DNA of 64,000 bases from the human T2T-CHM13v2.0 reference genome, Homo sapiens. Position numbers and translations under genes: made by a program. Where the stretch lies: NCBI RefSeq assembly GCF_009914755.1, contig NC_060929.1; one strand, given 5' to 3'. This document shows positions 42,135 to 56,746 of this stretch, piece after piece (the first letter of the stretch is position 1; every line of letters starts with the position of its first letter). The notes beneath the pieces are model-generated. The model saw nothing but the letters and a program-made list of their open reading frames with translations, was not told where the DNA came from and ran no database searches.

Positions 42135-44210
42135 TTTCTGCTAGTGGTAATGTAAAATAGCACGACCGCTTCAGAAAATATTTTGGTGTTTTCTTACAAA
42201 GGTAAATGTACACCTGTTCTCTGATCCAGCCATTCTATTCCTTGATATTTACCAAACAGAAATTAAAGCATATGTCCGCACACAAAATTGTTAAAAATGT
42301 TCATAGGAGCTTTATTTGTAATGCCTCAAAATTGAAAATAACCCAAATGTCAATTGACAAGTGAATGGTTTAAAAATCGGGGTATATTCATAAAATGAAA
42401 TAATATTCAACAATAAAAAACAAACTAATACACACATATATAAAAAATGCATTTGCAGAAAACATAATTCTGTACATAGTAAATCCTAAGAAATCTACAA
42501 ATTAAGAAGTGAATTTAACAAGTTTACATGATAAAAGTCCAAAATCATTTGTATTTACATATATTACAATGAATAATTGAATAATAAAATTTTAACTTTC
42601 AATGTACAATAGCTTCTAAAACATGGAATACTATAATAGCTTCTAAAAACATGGAACACTGAGATAAATTTAACAAAATATGTACATGCCTGTATGGTGA
42701 AGTCTAGAAAATACTGCTGAGAAAAAATTTAAAAGACCTAAATAAATGGAATGTTATGCCGTACCCAAATTAGAAGATTCAATATTGTTAAGATGTGAAT
42801 TATCCCCAAATTGATGTATAGATTCAATGCAATTCCAATCAAACTCCAAGTAGGCTTTTGTATGTGTGTGCAGTAAGAAATTCATGAGCTCATTATATAT
42901 CTATATGGGAATGCAAAGTACCTAGATGAACCAAAACAACTTTGAAAAAGAAGAACACAGTTGAAGGATTTACACTGCCTTATTTCAAGACTTACTATAA
43001 AGCTGAAGAAACTGAGTCTGGCATCAGCAGAACAACAGGCATTTAGATTAATGGAGAGATCAGAAATAGGCCCACACATCAATGGTAAATAGACTTTTTA
43101 AAAAAGATGCCATGGCAATTCAATGAGAAAAGGATAACTTTCCAACAAATGGTGTTGAAATAATTGGATATTACTAGGCAAAAAAATGGACCTCAACCCT
43201 TACGTCACGTGATACACAAAAATTAACTCAAAATAGATCACACATTTAAATATAAGAAGTTAACCTATAAAACTAGGATAAAACACAAGAGTAAATACTT
43301 GCAATCTTGGAGGTGGCGAAGATTTCTTAGAATGCAAAAAAAAAAAAAGTTGTAAAAAAAACTTTAATAAATTAGATTTTTTCAAAATTAAAATTTTATG
43401 TTCCCTGAAAAATACCACTAAGAAAATAAAAAGAGAAATCATAGAATGGGAGAAAATATTTGTGATACATATGATGGTTAATACTGAGTGTCAACTTGAT
43501 TGGATTGAAGGATACAAAGTATTGATCCTGGGTGTGTCTTCAAGGGTGTTGCCAAAGATTAACATTTGAGTCAGTGGGCTGGGAAAGGCAGACTCACGCT
43601 TAACCTGGGTGGGCACAATCTAATCATCTGCCAGCACAGCTAGGATATAAAGTGGGCAGAAAAATGTGAAAGCAGAGACCGACCTAGCTTCCCAGCCTAC
43701 GTCTTTCTCCAATGCTGGGTGCTTTCTGCCCTCAAATATTGGACTCCAAGTTCTTCAGTTTTGGAACTCGGACTGGCTCTCCTTGCTCCTCAGCCTGCAG
43801 ATGGCCTGTCGTGGGATCCTGTGATCATGTGAGTTAATAATTAATAAACTCCCCTTTATATATATATATATATAACTATTCCATTAGTTCTGTCCCTCTA
43901 GAGAGCCCTGACTAATAAATACACATATTTAATGAAGAACCAGAATTTACAACTCAATAAGAAATCAGGCAATCAATTAAAAATTGGCAGATTTGAGCAG
44001 TCACTTCACAAAAATAGACATACGAATGGCAAATAAGCACATGAAAAGATACTCAGTATGACTGATCGTCAGGGAAATGCAAATTAAAACCACAGTGAGA
44101 TACAGCTATATGCCCACTAAAATGGCAAAAATGAAGAAGACTGCAAATACTATGTATTGGTAAGAATATAGAGCAACTAAAACTCTGACACATTGCTGGT
44201 GGGTACATTT
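42135..44210 (+). mobile_element. L1M ORF2 fragments (degenerate)
   Basis: tttgcagaaaacataattctgtacatagtaaatcctaag (FADDMILY-like region); cagggaaatgcaaattaaaaccac. Confidence 0.85.
43470..43923 (+). mobile_element. MLT2A (ERVL) solo LTR inserted in L1
   Basis: tgatggttaatactgagtgtcaacttgattggattgaagg...ctgtccctctagagagccctgactaat. Confidence 0.93.
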
Positions 44211-44339
44211 TATTATATGTAGAGTAGAATAAAAGTAAACTTAAAAATGTAAGAGTTAAACCAATGAAGTTTCAAAACAATGGCTATGATTTACAAGGCA
44301 GGGATAAAAAGGTCCAAAGATTACAAAGGAGTAATGGGA

Positions 44340-44870
44340 TAATTGCTAATATTTATGGAGGCACTATGCTAAATCCTTGCTATATAGTCTGGCCCAATCT
44401 TAACAAAGAGCCTAGAAGGTAAGTATACTTATCATCTCCGTTTTAGAGCTGAGCAAACTGAAGCTTACAGAGATTAAGTGGCGAAGCTGGGGCAGGCTGA
44501 CTGCAGTACCTAAGCTCATAAGCATTAAGCGAAAGCACTTTACGGGGCATCTTTAAGGCTGGTCATAAAATTGGGTGAATACAATGCTCAGGAATAGATG
44601 GTAAATTTCCTCTGAGCCTAGTTCCAGTTTAATACACAGCACTATAGGTAGTAAGATCTTTATGGAATAAATTGATTTGAAAAGGCTTGGGCTCTGTTCC
44701 AGCTCCACAGTACACCAGCCTCATAACCATGTGCAAATCCCTTACCCTTGGTTTCTCAACTGTGAAATGGAGATCTAATCCCTGCCTTTTCTACCTCAAA
44801 TGTCTACTGTGAGGATGAAATAAACATAACATTTAAAAGTGCTTTGTAAGCTATACAGCCTTAAACAGCT
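44340..44870. mobile_element. Two MIR fragments in opposite orientations
   Basis: ccgttttagagctgagcaaactgaagct (minus); tttctcaactgtgaaatgg (plus). Confidence 0.7.
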
Positions 44871-46144
44871 GCAAAATTGTTTGGATAAGCAAGATAGCCA
44901 TGGTGGAGGTGCCATTCTATGTGCGATTTCCTAGTTTGAATTCTCAATTAAACTTAAAGGACCTGCAGATATTGTATTTATTGTCATACAGTGCAAGAGT
45001 GAACCAACTAGTCAGTAAGTATTGATTCTTACTATGTGTTCAGTGCTATTTTATGGTAAATACAAAAAGATGCTTCAATTCCTGCCTTCAAGGGCTTACA
45101 GTTTAGCTGAAGGAAAAACTAGATTACACACGAAACAATTGGAGTGCAATTTACAGCTGATCATAGACTAGAAGATTCCCTTACGAAGTGTATTCTGGGG
45201 GTAATGAAATCCTCTTGGGTACAAACTGTTTTTAGAAAAGTCTGAAGGAAATAACAAAGAGGAAGAGAGCTAGATGAAGTTTCAGAAACTAGAGAGACAA
45301 GACAGATAAAAACTAATATGAAGAAAATAATCCCTTGACATGGTCCATAAAGAAATTCAATTACTTAAAACTGAAGTATGCCAGCAGAAGAAATTTGTGG
45401 TCAGATGAGAATCTTATACATGTCTGGGAACATGAGATGTGAGCTGAGACCGGTGTCTTCCTGGTCTCCAATGCTCTCATCCCAAGCCTTCCTGGAAATC
45501 TGGACATATAGGCTTCCTATGAAAGTGGCCATATCTTTAGCAGATAAAGATGCAACTTCTTTTCAAAAACATAAAATGCATTATCCACAGAAAACCTTGT
45601 TTGGAGTTCCATGGGCAAATACTTGTAATTAAGCAGGTAGATTTGAAAATTATTCAGCTTATATTATTGTTTACATCCATCTTTCCTATCCAGTCAGGCA
45701 CCTAGAAGAAAAGAGAAAATGAAAACAATAATTTTTCGAAAACCAGGAATAATATGAAGAAAAACTACAGCAGACATGCATTTTAAGCTGGTGCTTAACA
45801 TCAATGGGCAAAGTAAAACTTCTCTAACATAGAGTTTGTAGGAACAAGATAAGCAGTTGAGGAAGAGTCTTTTAATTAGTGGCTTCATTATTTTATTTGA
45901 AATCCTGAAAATTCTTAAGCCACCAGCTATTTTCATAAGCAAATGAGAATACCAAAGCATTTAAAAAACCCAACTAGGAAAATTATTTTTAATCATTTGA
46001 AATTTTGAGTTTATTGTACCAATATAGCCCACATTCAGTACAAATATTGCAACTGATACCACATATGGAAAATATAATTTATTCATAAATATGTATAATT
46101 TCCGTTTGTTTTTCATTCTCTGACTATAGATCTATTTATACGTT

Positions 46145-46415
46145 TGTCTTAGTTTGGGCTCTCCTAGAAGCAGAATCAAAGGCAAGGATTAGAATGATAG
46201 CAGTTTATTTGGGAGGTAAGAAGTGGGCAAGTGGGATAAGAAAGTGAGACAGGGAAGATGATTAGAAGTGGATTATCAACCCAGCTATGACTATGGCAAC
46301 TGAAGTGAATTTTCATTGAGGAAGTTCTTGGATCCAGGATAAAACACCTGCCACAGAGTCATCCTCCATGAGAGGTGAAAGAGCCAGGATATTTACATTC
46401 CTGTCAATTATTGGC
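46145..46415 (-). mobile_element. LTR16-family (ERVL) fragment
   Basis: tgtcttagtttgggctctcctagaagcaga...agtttatttgggagg. Confidence 0.8.
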
Positions 46416-46789
46416 ACGAATTTCGAACAACACAGATACAGGGGAATGCAGTTGAGGCTTCAAGGGATTAAATAGGCAACTCCAAAAAGATAGAAGACAA
46501 GCTTTCTCTATGGATAGCCCCTCTTTGCTTAGTTTTGCATAAGCAGAAAAAAGGAAAAACCCTCCATTTGAAAGGCATAATTTTAAAACGACATAGAAAA
46601 AGAAAATAAGGCACAGAAAAACAAAGGATAAATTACAGCAATAGTTTCTTATCAAATTCAGTTACAATTTAAATCTCTTTATTACCAACTACCACGGAAA
46701 TGAATGTATTGGGGCTAACCACTGCAGGGGGTTGAATTTCTTGCCCCAAGACAGCCAGCCAATCTTTCCTTTCTCACTTTGCCAACTTT

Positions 46790-47654
<865 letters not shown>

Positions 47655-48371
47655 TTATATTCTGACAGAAAGTTAATCCTTAGGTCATATTGCAGTCCTG
47701 AGTCCACAGTAAACTTGAGACTCTCTTTGACTTGGATTTTGAGTATTCACACAGATATTCCCATTTACATTTGCCCTTCTACTTTGAAACAAAATCCCAA
47801 CTCTGTGTAAATTGTTTTGAAAGTGAGAAATATTTATCCTAATTAATTGATGTTGGAGGGTAACAGACCTATTCACATCATATAAGGATCTGGGTGCAAA
47901 TATAAGCAGAATCTGGGTTTGGCTAATCAGAAAAATACTGTCCCTTTGAGCACAGAAGTTAGTGGCAGCCACAAGGCACCAAGTAGAGAGCAGGTCAAGT
48001 GGATTCTGCAAAAACCCACATGTAACCCAGTACTCTTCCCTAGTGCAATTCTATATCTAATTCTGCCAGACTCTGCTCTCTACATCTCTGAATCGCTTTG
48101 TCTTATCGTGTCTCTCTGGATCTAACTGCCATTCCCTTTGTCTGCCTTGAGGTAGGGACAGCAGACCACCTTCGCCACTATGAGGATCCAACAATTATGT
48201 GGACATCTGTGGCAGCAAAAGAAAATCAGCCTTGAATTAATGTCTTCATTTCACAAAATTTTGAAAAATAAAATGGGGTGTGGAGTTATACCTGATAGCA
48301 AGGAGCTGCTAAAGTGAGTCAAGGCTAAGAAACATTCTGATTCAGCCTCTAGGTAGGGGTGTGTGTGTGTG

Positions 48372-49117
48372 TGGGAGTGAGGTGGGGTGAGGAGAAGCAA
48401 TAGGGAGGGTGTGAGGTGTTGGACACATCAGCAGCAGAGGAAAGGAGGGATCCAAGGAACAAGACGCTCAGGCTACCAACTTCTCACAGGCAGGAAACGG
48501 CCTCTGATCGTTGAAGAATCCATCGCAGCCACACGCAGGCCTTCCCATATTTTTATTTCTCTTTGCAGCCCCAGGGCAAGGCCAGGGCTGAGCCCCAGGA
48601 GTCCAGGCAGAATCCAAGGGATTTCCCTTTTAAGTCTGCAGAATGTGGGGACTGTCACATTGAGGCCATGTTTTCTCCAGGCCAGCTGACCCGCGGGGAC
48701 ATGTGCCATTTCAGGCTGCACGGCTTTGACTGAATGGGGGCAGCATCCAGTCGGGATCTGATATCATCCCCGCAGCCAGCCAGGGGACTGTCAATGCTGC
48801 TTTGTGCCAAGCTGCTCCATGCTCACACCGCGTTGCAACCCTGCCTGCGAGATTCACAGAAAAGGCTTTTCCCTCTTTCCCTGAGCTGCCAATCACCTAA
48901 ACAATCACCTTCTAAAACTTGTGAAACCACCCACTGGGTGTCAGGAGCTGAAACTCCCAACCCTCCCATTAAGCTAGGATGGAAAGATTTCTAATCAGGC
49001 CACTGGAGCTCTAGCTCTGTCCTGGCTTATCTGGATCCTGACTGAAAGTGAAGGGAATGAAAGTTTGTGCTGAGCCAACTGAGATGCATGAGCAGGAATG
49101 GGATATGGCCTTGGCTC
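48372..49117 (+). repeat. High-identity twin element, copy 2
   Basis: Direct copy of 16374-17119. Lacks ccagacagcctggat and has an extra ~18 bp near 49055. Confidence 0.97.
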
Positions 49118-51345
49118 AGACCCAGTAAATAAGTTTCAAATTGTGTGCCATTTCACAGCTTGAATGAGAGCCAGAGCTCTGACAGCTCTAGTGATGAGGT
49201 GGGGAGATGGAGGAGGACCATGGCCTGTGATTGATGAGGTAGAAGCAGCAGTAGCAGAACTCTGAATGGGCACAGCAAAATCCTAAACTCTATTCAACAT
49301 GGCCTTCCACCTCTGAGGTGTCTTTATTCCTACTTCATGTACAGTTATCCAGAGCAACAGGATGATCCTTTCAACCCAGGACTAACTTAACATTGAACGC
49401 CATGAGATTTTGTTATTTTAAAAAAATGTTATTGATGTGTAACATATATACATAAAAAGACAAATCATAGTCAGCTCTATTAATTTTTTAAATTGAAAAA
49501 TGTTTATTGATGCATAATAAATATACATAATTTGGGGGTACATGTGATAATTTAATGCATTCATATAGTTTGCAAAGATTAAATCAGTGTACTTGGAATA
49601 TCCATCACCTTAAATATTTGCCTTTTCTTTTTGCTGGAATCAGTTGACTTCTTCTCTTCTAGCTATTTTGAAATATACAATAGATATTGTATTTCTTTAT
49701 AGAAGTGTCTTTAAAAAAAAGATATTGTAAAGTCTAATCAAGCTACTGATCTATGTAAAACTAGATCTTATTTATTCTATCAAACATACATTTGTACCCG
49801 TTATTCAACTTCTCTTGATCTCTCCCTCCTGCCTACCCTTCCCAGCCTCTGGTAACTACCAATCTACTCTCTTTCTTCATGAGATCCACTTTTTAGCTCC
49901 CACGTAAGACTGAGAATTATATTTGTTTCTGTGCTTGGCTTATTTTACTTAACATAATGACATCCAGTTCCATCCATGTTGCTGCAGATGACAGGATTTC
50001 ATTCTTTTTCATGGGTGAATACTATTTCATTATGTATATATACCACATTTTCTTTATCCATTAGTCCACTGATGAACACTTAGGTTGATTCCATATTTTG
50101 GCTATCATGAATAGTGCTACAATACATATGGGAATGCAGATGTCTTTTTAATACATTGATTTCCTTTCTTTTGGGTATATACCAAGTAGTGAAATTGCTG
50201 GATTATACGGTGGTTCCATTTTTAGTTTTTTGAGGAACCTTCATACTGTTCTCCATCGTGGCTGTGCTAATTTACATTCCCACCAACAGTGCACAGGGTT
50301 CCCCTTTCTCTGCATCCTCACCAGCATCCATTATTGCCTACCTTTTTGATAATAGCCATTTTAACTGGAGTGAGATATCTCATTGTAGTTTTAATTTGCA
50401 TTTTTCCAGTGATTAGCGATATGGAGCATTTTTTTGTATATCTCTTGGCCATTTGTATGTCTTCTTTTGAGAAATGTCTGTTCAGATCTTTTGCCCATTT
50501 TTAAATTGAATTATTTGTTTCTTTGCTATTGAGTTGTTTGTATCCCTTATGTACTCTGGTTTTTAATTTCTTGTTCCATGGATAGTTTGCCAATATTTTC
50601 TCCTACTCTGTGGGTTGTCACATCACTCTTTTGATTGTTTCATTTGCTGTGCAGCAGCTTTATAGCTTGACGTAACCGCATTCATCTATTTTTGCTTTGG
50701 CTGTCTGTGGTTTTGAGGTCTTGCACAAGAAAATATTTGTCCAGACCAATGTACCGGAGCATTTTCCCAATGTTTTCTTCTAGTACTTTCAGACTAGTTT
50801 CAGGTCTTAGATTTAAGTTTTTAAACCATTTTGATTTGATTTTTATATATGGTGAGAGATAGGGGCCTAGTCTCATTCTTCTGCATGTAGTTATCCTGTT
50901 TTCCCAGCACCATTTATTGAAGAGACTGTCTTTTCCCCATTATATGTTCATGGTGCCTTTGTTGAAGATGAACTGGCTGTAAATGTATGGATTTATATCT
51001 GGGTTCTCTTCTGTTACTTGGTCTATGTGTCTGTTTTTGTACCAGTACCATTCTGATTTGGTTACTATAGCTTTGCATAAATTTTGAAGTCAGAGAGTGT
51101 GATGCCTCCAGCTTCGTTTTTTTTGCTCAGGATTATTTTGGCTATTTGGGGTCTTTTGTGGTTCTATATTAATTTTAGGAATGTTTTTTCATTTTTGTGA
51201 AGAATGTCATTGGTATTTTGATAGGGATTGCATTGAATCTGTAAATTGCCTTGCATACCATTGTCATTTTAACAAATTAATTCTTTTAATTTATGAGCAT
51301 GGAATATCTATTATTTTGTATCCTCTTTTGTCTCTTTCATCACTA

Positions 51346-51832
51346 TTTTTTTTTTATTCTTTAAGTTCTAGGGTACATGTGCACAACGTGCAGGTTTGTT
51401 ACATATGTATACGTGCACCATGTTGGTGTGCTGCACCCATTAACTCGTCATTTACATTAGGTATCTCTCCTAATGCTATCCCTCCCCGCTCCCCGCACCC
51501 CACAACAGGCCCCAGTGTCTGATGTTCCCCTTCCTGTGTCCAAGTGTTCTCATTGTTCAGTTCCCACCTATGAGTGAGACCATGCAGTGTTTGGTTTTTT
51601 GTCCTTATGATAGTTTGCTAAGAATGATGGTTTCCAGCTTCATCCATGTCCCTACAAAGGACATGAACTCATCATTTTTTATGGTTGCATAGTATTCCAT
51701 GGTGTATATGTGCCACATTTTCTTAATCCAGTCTATCATTGATGGACATTTGGGTTGGTTCCAAGTCTTTAAGTCTTTGCTATTGTGAATAGTGCCGCAA
51801 TAAACATACGTGTACATGTGTCTTTATAGCAG
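51346..51832 (-). mobile_element. L1PA 3' fragment nested in the L1MA
   Basis: ttctagggtacatgtgcacaacgtgcagg; TSD ctttcatcacta at 51334 and 51833. Confidence 0.95.
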
Positions 51833-51935
51833 CTTTCATCACTACTTTATAGTTTTCCTTGTATAGATCTTTCACTTCTTTGTTAGACTGATTTCTAGGT
51901 ATTTTGTATTCTTTTATTGTAAATGGGGTTGCTCT

Positions 51936-52241
51936 TTCTCTTTTTTTTTCTTTTGAGACGAGACGGAGTCTTGCTTAGTCCCCCAAGCTGGAGTGTGGTG
52001 GCGCTATCTCAGCTCACTGCAAGCTCTGCCTCTTGGATCCATGCCATTCTCCTGCCTCAGCCTCCTGAGCAGCTGGGACTACAGGCACCCGCCACCACGC
52101 CTGGCTAATATTTTTGGGTTTTTAGTAGAGATGGGGTTTCACCGTGTTAGCCAGGATTGTCTTGATCTCCTGACTTTGTGATCTGCCTGCCTCAGCCTCC
52201 CAAAGTGCTGGGATTACAGGTGTGAGCCATTGCACCCAGCC
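51936..52241 (-). mobile_element. AluY-like, nested in L1
   Basis: TSD tggggttgctct at 51924 and 52242. Confidence 0.95.
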
Positions 52242-54775
52242 TGGGGTTGCTCTCTTGATTTCTTTTTCAGATTATTTGCTTTCAGTGTGTTATAAATGCC
52301 ACCAATTTCTGAATGTTGATTTTGTATCCTGAAACTTTACTGGATTCATTTATCAATTCTAACAGTTTTTGTAGAGTCTTTAGGTTTTCCTAAGTATGAG
52401 ATCATGTAATCTCCAAACAAGGCTAATTTGACTTCTTCATTCCAGTTTGAATGCCCTTTATTTCTTTCTCTTGCCTAATTCCTGTGGCCAGGATTTACAG
52501 TATTATACTGAATAAAAGAGGTGAAAGTGGGCATCCTTGTCTTGTTCCAGATTTTAAAGGAAGGAAAGGCCTTCCATTTTCCCCCTTTCCGTACAATGTT
52601 GTTAGCTGTGAGTCTGTCATATATGGCCTTTATTAATTTGTTATATATTCCATCTATACCCAATTTGATGAGGGCTTTTAATACAGGAATGTTTAATTTT
52701 ATCAAATGTTTTCTGGCATCTATTGAAGTAATCATGTGGCTTTTGTTCTTGGTTCTGTTAATGTGATGTATTATGCTTATTAATTTGCTTATATTGAACC
52801 ATCCTTGCATCCCTGGGATGAATCCCTCTTGGTCATGGTGAGTGATATTTTTAATGTATGGTTAAATTCAGTTTGATAGTATTTTGTTGAGAATTTTTCC
52901 ATCTATGTTCATCACTGATATTGGCCTGTAGTTTTCTTTTTGTGTGTGTGTGTCCCTGCCTGGTTTTGGCATCAGAGTAATTCTGATCTTGTAGGGTGAG
53001 TTTGAAAGTATTTCTTCTTTATCAATTTTTTTGAAGAATTTGAGTAGATTTGACATCGGTTCTTTAAATGCTTGGTAGAATTCAGCAGTGAAGCCAAAGA
53101 AAAGTCCTAGACTTTTCTTTGATGGGAGACTTTTAATTATGGCTTTGATCTCATTACCTATTATTTATTTATTGAGGTTTTCTATGTCTTCGTGGTTCAA
53201 TCTTGGTAGGTTGTATGTGATCAGGATTTTATCCATTTCTTCTAAGTTTTCCAATTTGTTAGCATATAGTTGTTCATGATAGTCTCTAGTGATTCTTTGT
53301 ATTTCTGTGGTTTCCATTGTTATGTCTTCTTTTTCATTTCCAATGTTATTCATTTGGGTCTTCTCTCTTTTTTTCTTGAAAACCAAAGTCTAACCAAAGG
53401 TTTGTCAGCTTTGTTTATATTGTCCAAACAACAACTTTCATTTCATTTTTCTTCTGTATTGGTTTTTTTTTTTGATCTTATTTTCATTTATTTCTGTTCT
53501 CATCTTTATTATTTCTTTCATTCTACTAATTTGGAGTTTGGTTTGTTCTTGCTTTTATAGCTCCTTAAGGTGCATCATTAGATTGTTTATTTGAAGTCTT
53601 TCTACTTAATTGATATAAACATTTATAGCTATAAACTTCCCTCAAAGCACAGCTTTTGCTGTATCCCATAGATTTTGGTATGTTGTATTTCTGTTTTTAT
53701 TTGCCTCAAGAAATTATTTAATTTCCTTCTTAATTTCTTCATTGACCCATTTGTTGTCCAGGAGCATGTTGTTTAATTTCTATGTGTTTGTGAAGTCTTC
53801 AATGTTCCTCTTGTTATTGATTTGTAGTTTTATTCCATTGTGGCCAGAAAGATACTTGATATGATTTCTACCTTTTGGAATTTGTTGAGACTTGTTTTGT
53901 AGTGTGAGACATGGTCTATTCTGGAGAATGTTCCCTGTGCTGATGAAAAGAATGTGTATTCCACAGCAGTTGGGTGAAATGTCCAGTAAATGTTAGGCCT
54001 ATTTGGTCTAGTGTATAGTTTAACTCTGATGTTTCTTTGTTGACTTTCTGTCTCGATGATCTGTCTATTATAGAAAGTGAGGTGTAGAAGTCTTCTACTA
54101 TTATTGTATTGCAGTCTATCTCTCCCTTTAGTTCTATTTATATTTGTTTTATATACTCAGATGCTCCAGTGTTAGGTGCATAGATAGTTATAATTTTTAT
54201 ATCCTCTTGGTGAATTGACCTCTTTATCATCATATAATGACCTCCTTTGTCTCCTTTTACAGTCTTTAATTTGTAGTTTTTTACCTTATATAACTACTCT
54301 TGCTCTTTTTTTGTTTCCAGTTGCATGGAATATCATTTTCCACCCCTTTATTTTCAGTTTATGTGTGTCTTTATAGGTGAAATGGGCTTCTTGTAGGCAG
54401 CATATGGTCGGGTCTTGTTTCTTTATCCATTCAACCACTGTGTGCCTTTTAATGGGAGAATTGAGTTCACTTACATTCAGTGTTATTATTAATAAGTAAG
54501 GACTTACTATTGCTATTTTGTTGCTTCTTTTCTGGTTGCTTTTTAACTCCTTTCTTCCTTTCTCACCATCTTCCTTTGTGGTTAAGTAATTGCTTCTGGT
54601 AGTATGTTTTAATGTATTGCTTTTTAATTTTAGTGAATCTATTATAGGTTTTTGCATTGTAGTTACTATGAGGCTTACAAAAACCATCTCATAGAAATAA
54701 GTTATTTTAAAGAGATGGCAACTGGTCTTAGATCACAAAGAAAAGAACAGATATATATATATGTACATTGAGACA

Positions 54776-54978
54776 ACTCAAGAGATCTTCTTGCCTCAGT
54801 CTCCAGAGTAGCTAGGACTACAGGTGTACGCCAGGATGCCTGGCTAATTTTTAATTTTTATAGAGATGTGGTTTCATTATGTTGACCAGGCTGGTCTCAA
54901 ACACCTGGCCTCAAACAAGCCTCCTATCTCAGCCTTCCAAAGTGTTGGGATTACAAGCATACACCACTGCACCCAGCC
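54776..54978 (-). mobile_element. AluJ partial, nested in L1
   Basis: cctggcctcaaac...ccaaagtgttgggattaca. Confidence 0.88.
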
Positions 54979-56321
54979 TCAATTTAATATTTTTATGTTA
55001 CCTGTCTCTTAACACGTTTCTGTAGGTATTATTGTTTTTGATAGGTTGATAGGGGACTTCATACTACTGTTATGAGTGTATTATACACCAAAATTACAGT
55101 ATTAGACTATTCTGGGTTTGTCTATGTACTTAATTTTACCAGTAGGTTTTGTATTTTTAAATGTTTGTGTTTTCTTTTTAATATTAGTGCTTTTTTCTTT
55201 CAGATTAAAGAACTTCCTTTAGTATTTCTCATAAGATGGGTCTGGTGGTGATGAATTCTCTGTTTTTGTTTGCCTGGGAAAGACTATATTTCCTTTATAT
55301 TTTAAGGATAACTTTGCTGAATACAGTATTCTTAAATGACAGTTTTTTTTTCTTTCAGGATTCCCTTCTGGGCTATACGGTTTCTGTTGAGAAGTCTGTT
55401 GCCAGATGAATTGACACTCCTTTATATGTTATTTACTTGTTTTCTCATGCTGCTTTTAGAATTTTCTATTTGTTCTTGACCTTTGAAAATTTGATTATTA
55501 TATGCCCTGGTTTAGTCTTACTTGGATCAAATCTGTTTGGTGTTCTTTGACCTTCCTGTACCTGGATATGTATACCTTCCTCAAGTTTTGGGAATTTTTC
55601 TGTTATTATATCTCTAAATAAGCTTTCTACCCCTTGCTGTTGCTCAACTTCCTCTTGAACACCAATAGTTCTTAGATTTGACCTTTTGAGTTAATTTTCT
55701 ATATTTTGTAGGTGACCTTTTATGTCGTTTTTGTTACTAAACATAACGTTTGTGAGATTCATCCATATTGTGCATAGTTGTAGTTTCTTGACATTTGGTC
55801 TTATTGTTCTACAATATTCTGTTGTTTAAATATGTGATTTTTCTATCCATTCTACTGAAGAGGACATTTGGGTTGGTTTGGTTTGTGACCATGTGCGTAG
55901 TGTTGCTGTGAACATTCTTGCACATGCCAGATCTTATTTTAAAAGTCTGATGCAGGGCTTCCCATCAGTGGTCTAGCCCTCTTTATGAGGAAGATGGTTC
56001 ACTCCCAAGATTAACATTTTTGGAGTTATGATACCCCATTTTTATTTCATTAGAGCACCTACTCCTCCCAAAATGATGTATAGCATAAATCTTTCTTGAT
56101 ACAAATTAACCTAGTTTAAAGGCATGGCAATGTCATCAGCATCTACTCATCTCTGTGTGACCACAGCACCTTGTTCCGTGCTCTGCACAAAGAAAGTGTT
56201 TATAACACTTGCTTCGTTGAATTGTTTAAGAACAAGTCCCCACATCCCCACCACCTCCACAAGTCCCACCTCTCTTCATCTTCCCCAAGCAAAATACCAT
56301 AGCTCCCTTAACCATTCTTTA

Positions 56322-56660
56322 CAGCAGTGGTACTCAATTCTTTTGTTCTAGTATTTCCAGGGCAAAATAATTTTTTAAAACTCTACACCCATCCACATTT
56401 TTAAGCTGGCATCTTTATCATTCATTTAAATAAATGTAAAGAGTGAAATTTCTACCATCTTATAAATTGTTTAAATATTTTATTTTTAAAAAAACAATGA
56501 AACTGCATTGGCTCATACAATTTATAGAAAAGGTCCACCATATAACATAATTGGCAAAGCCGTTGTCATTGTCAAATTAATTAGCAAATCAGGCTTACTT
56601 TCATATAGACATGGCTTTCTATTATGTTTTCTAAATCATTTCAAATACACATGTTAGTAC
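56322..56660. mobile_element. Probable hAT-Charlie fragment
   Basis: cagtggtactcaa TIR-like start followed by an AT-rich body. Confidence 0.45.
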
Positions 56661-56708
56661 ACATTCCTCAGCAAACATTACTTCTGAATTCTCATTCTAA
56701 GCTACATA

Positions 56709-56746
56709 GCTGGCTGGCTGGCTGGCTGGATGGATGGATGGATGGA
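56709..56746. repeat. (GGCT)n(GGAT)n compound STR
   Basis: Seen directly. Confidence 0.93.

Larger units (their letters stand above)
49485..55720 (-). mobile_element. L1MA-type element (~6.2 kb with nested inserts; degenerate ORF2 and part of ORF1)
   Basis: Minus-strand ORF remnants ITLNVSELNSPIKR...QDPTICCLQE (endonuclease) and [12 protein letters not shown] / MQGWFNI (RT); L1MA-like 3' end. Confidence 0.93.

Noticed and set aside
50289-54687. Reverse transcriptase and endonuclease ORF fragments as a novel retro-system
   Set aside because: They are ordinary degraded L1 ORF2, broken by stops, frameshifts and nested insertions.
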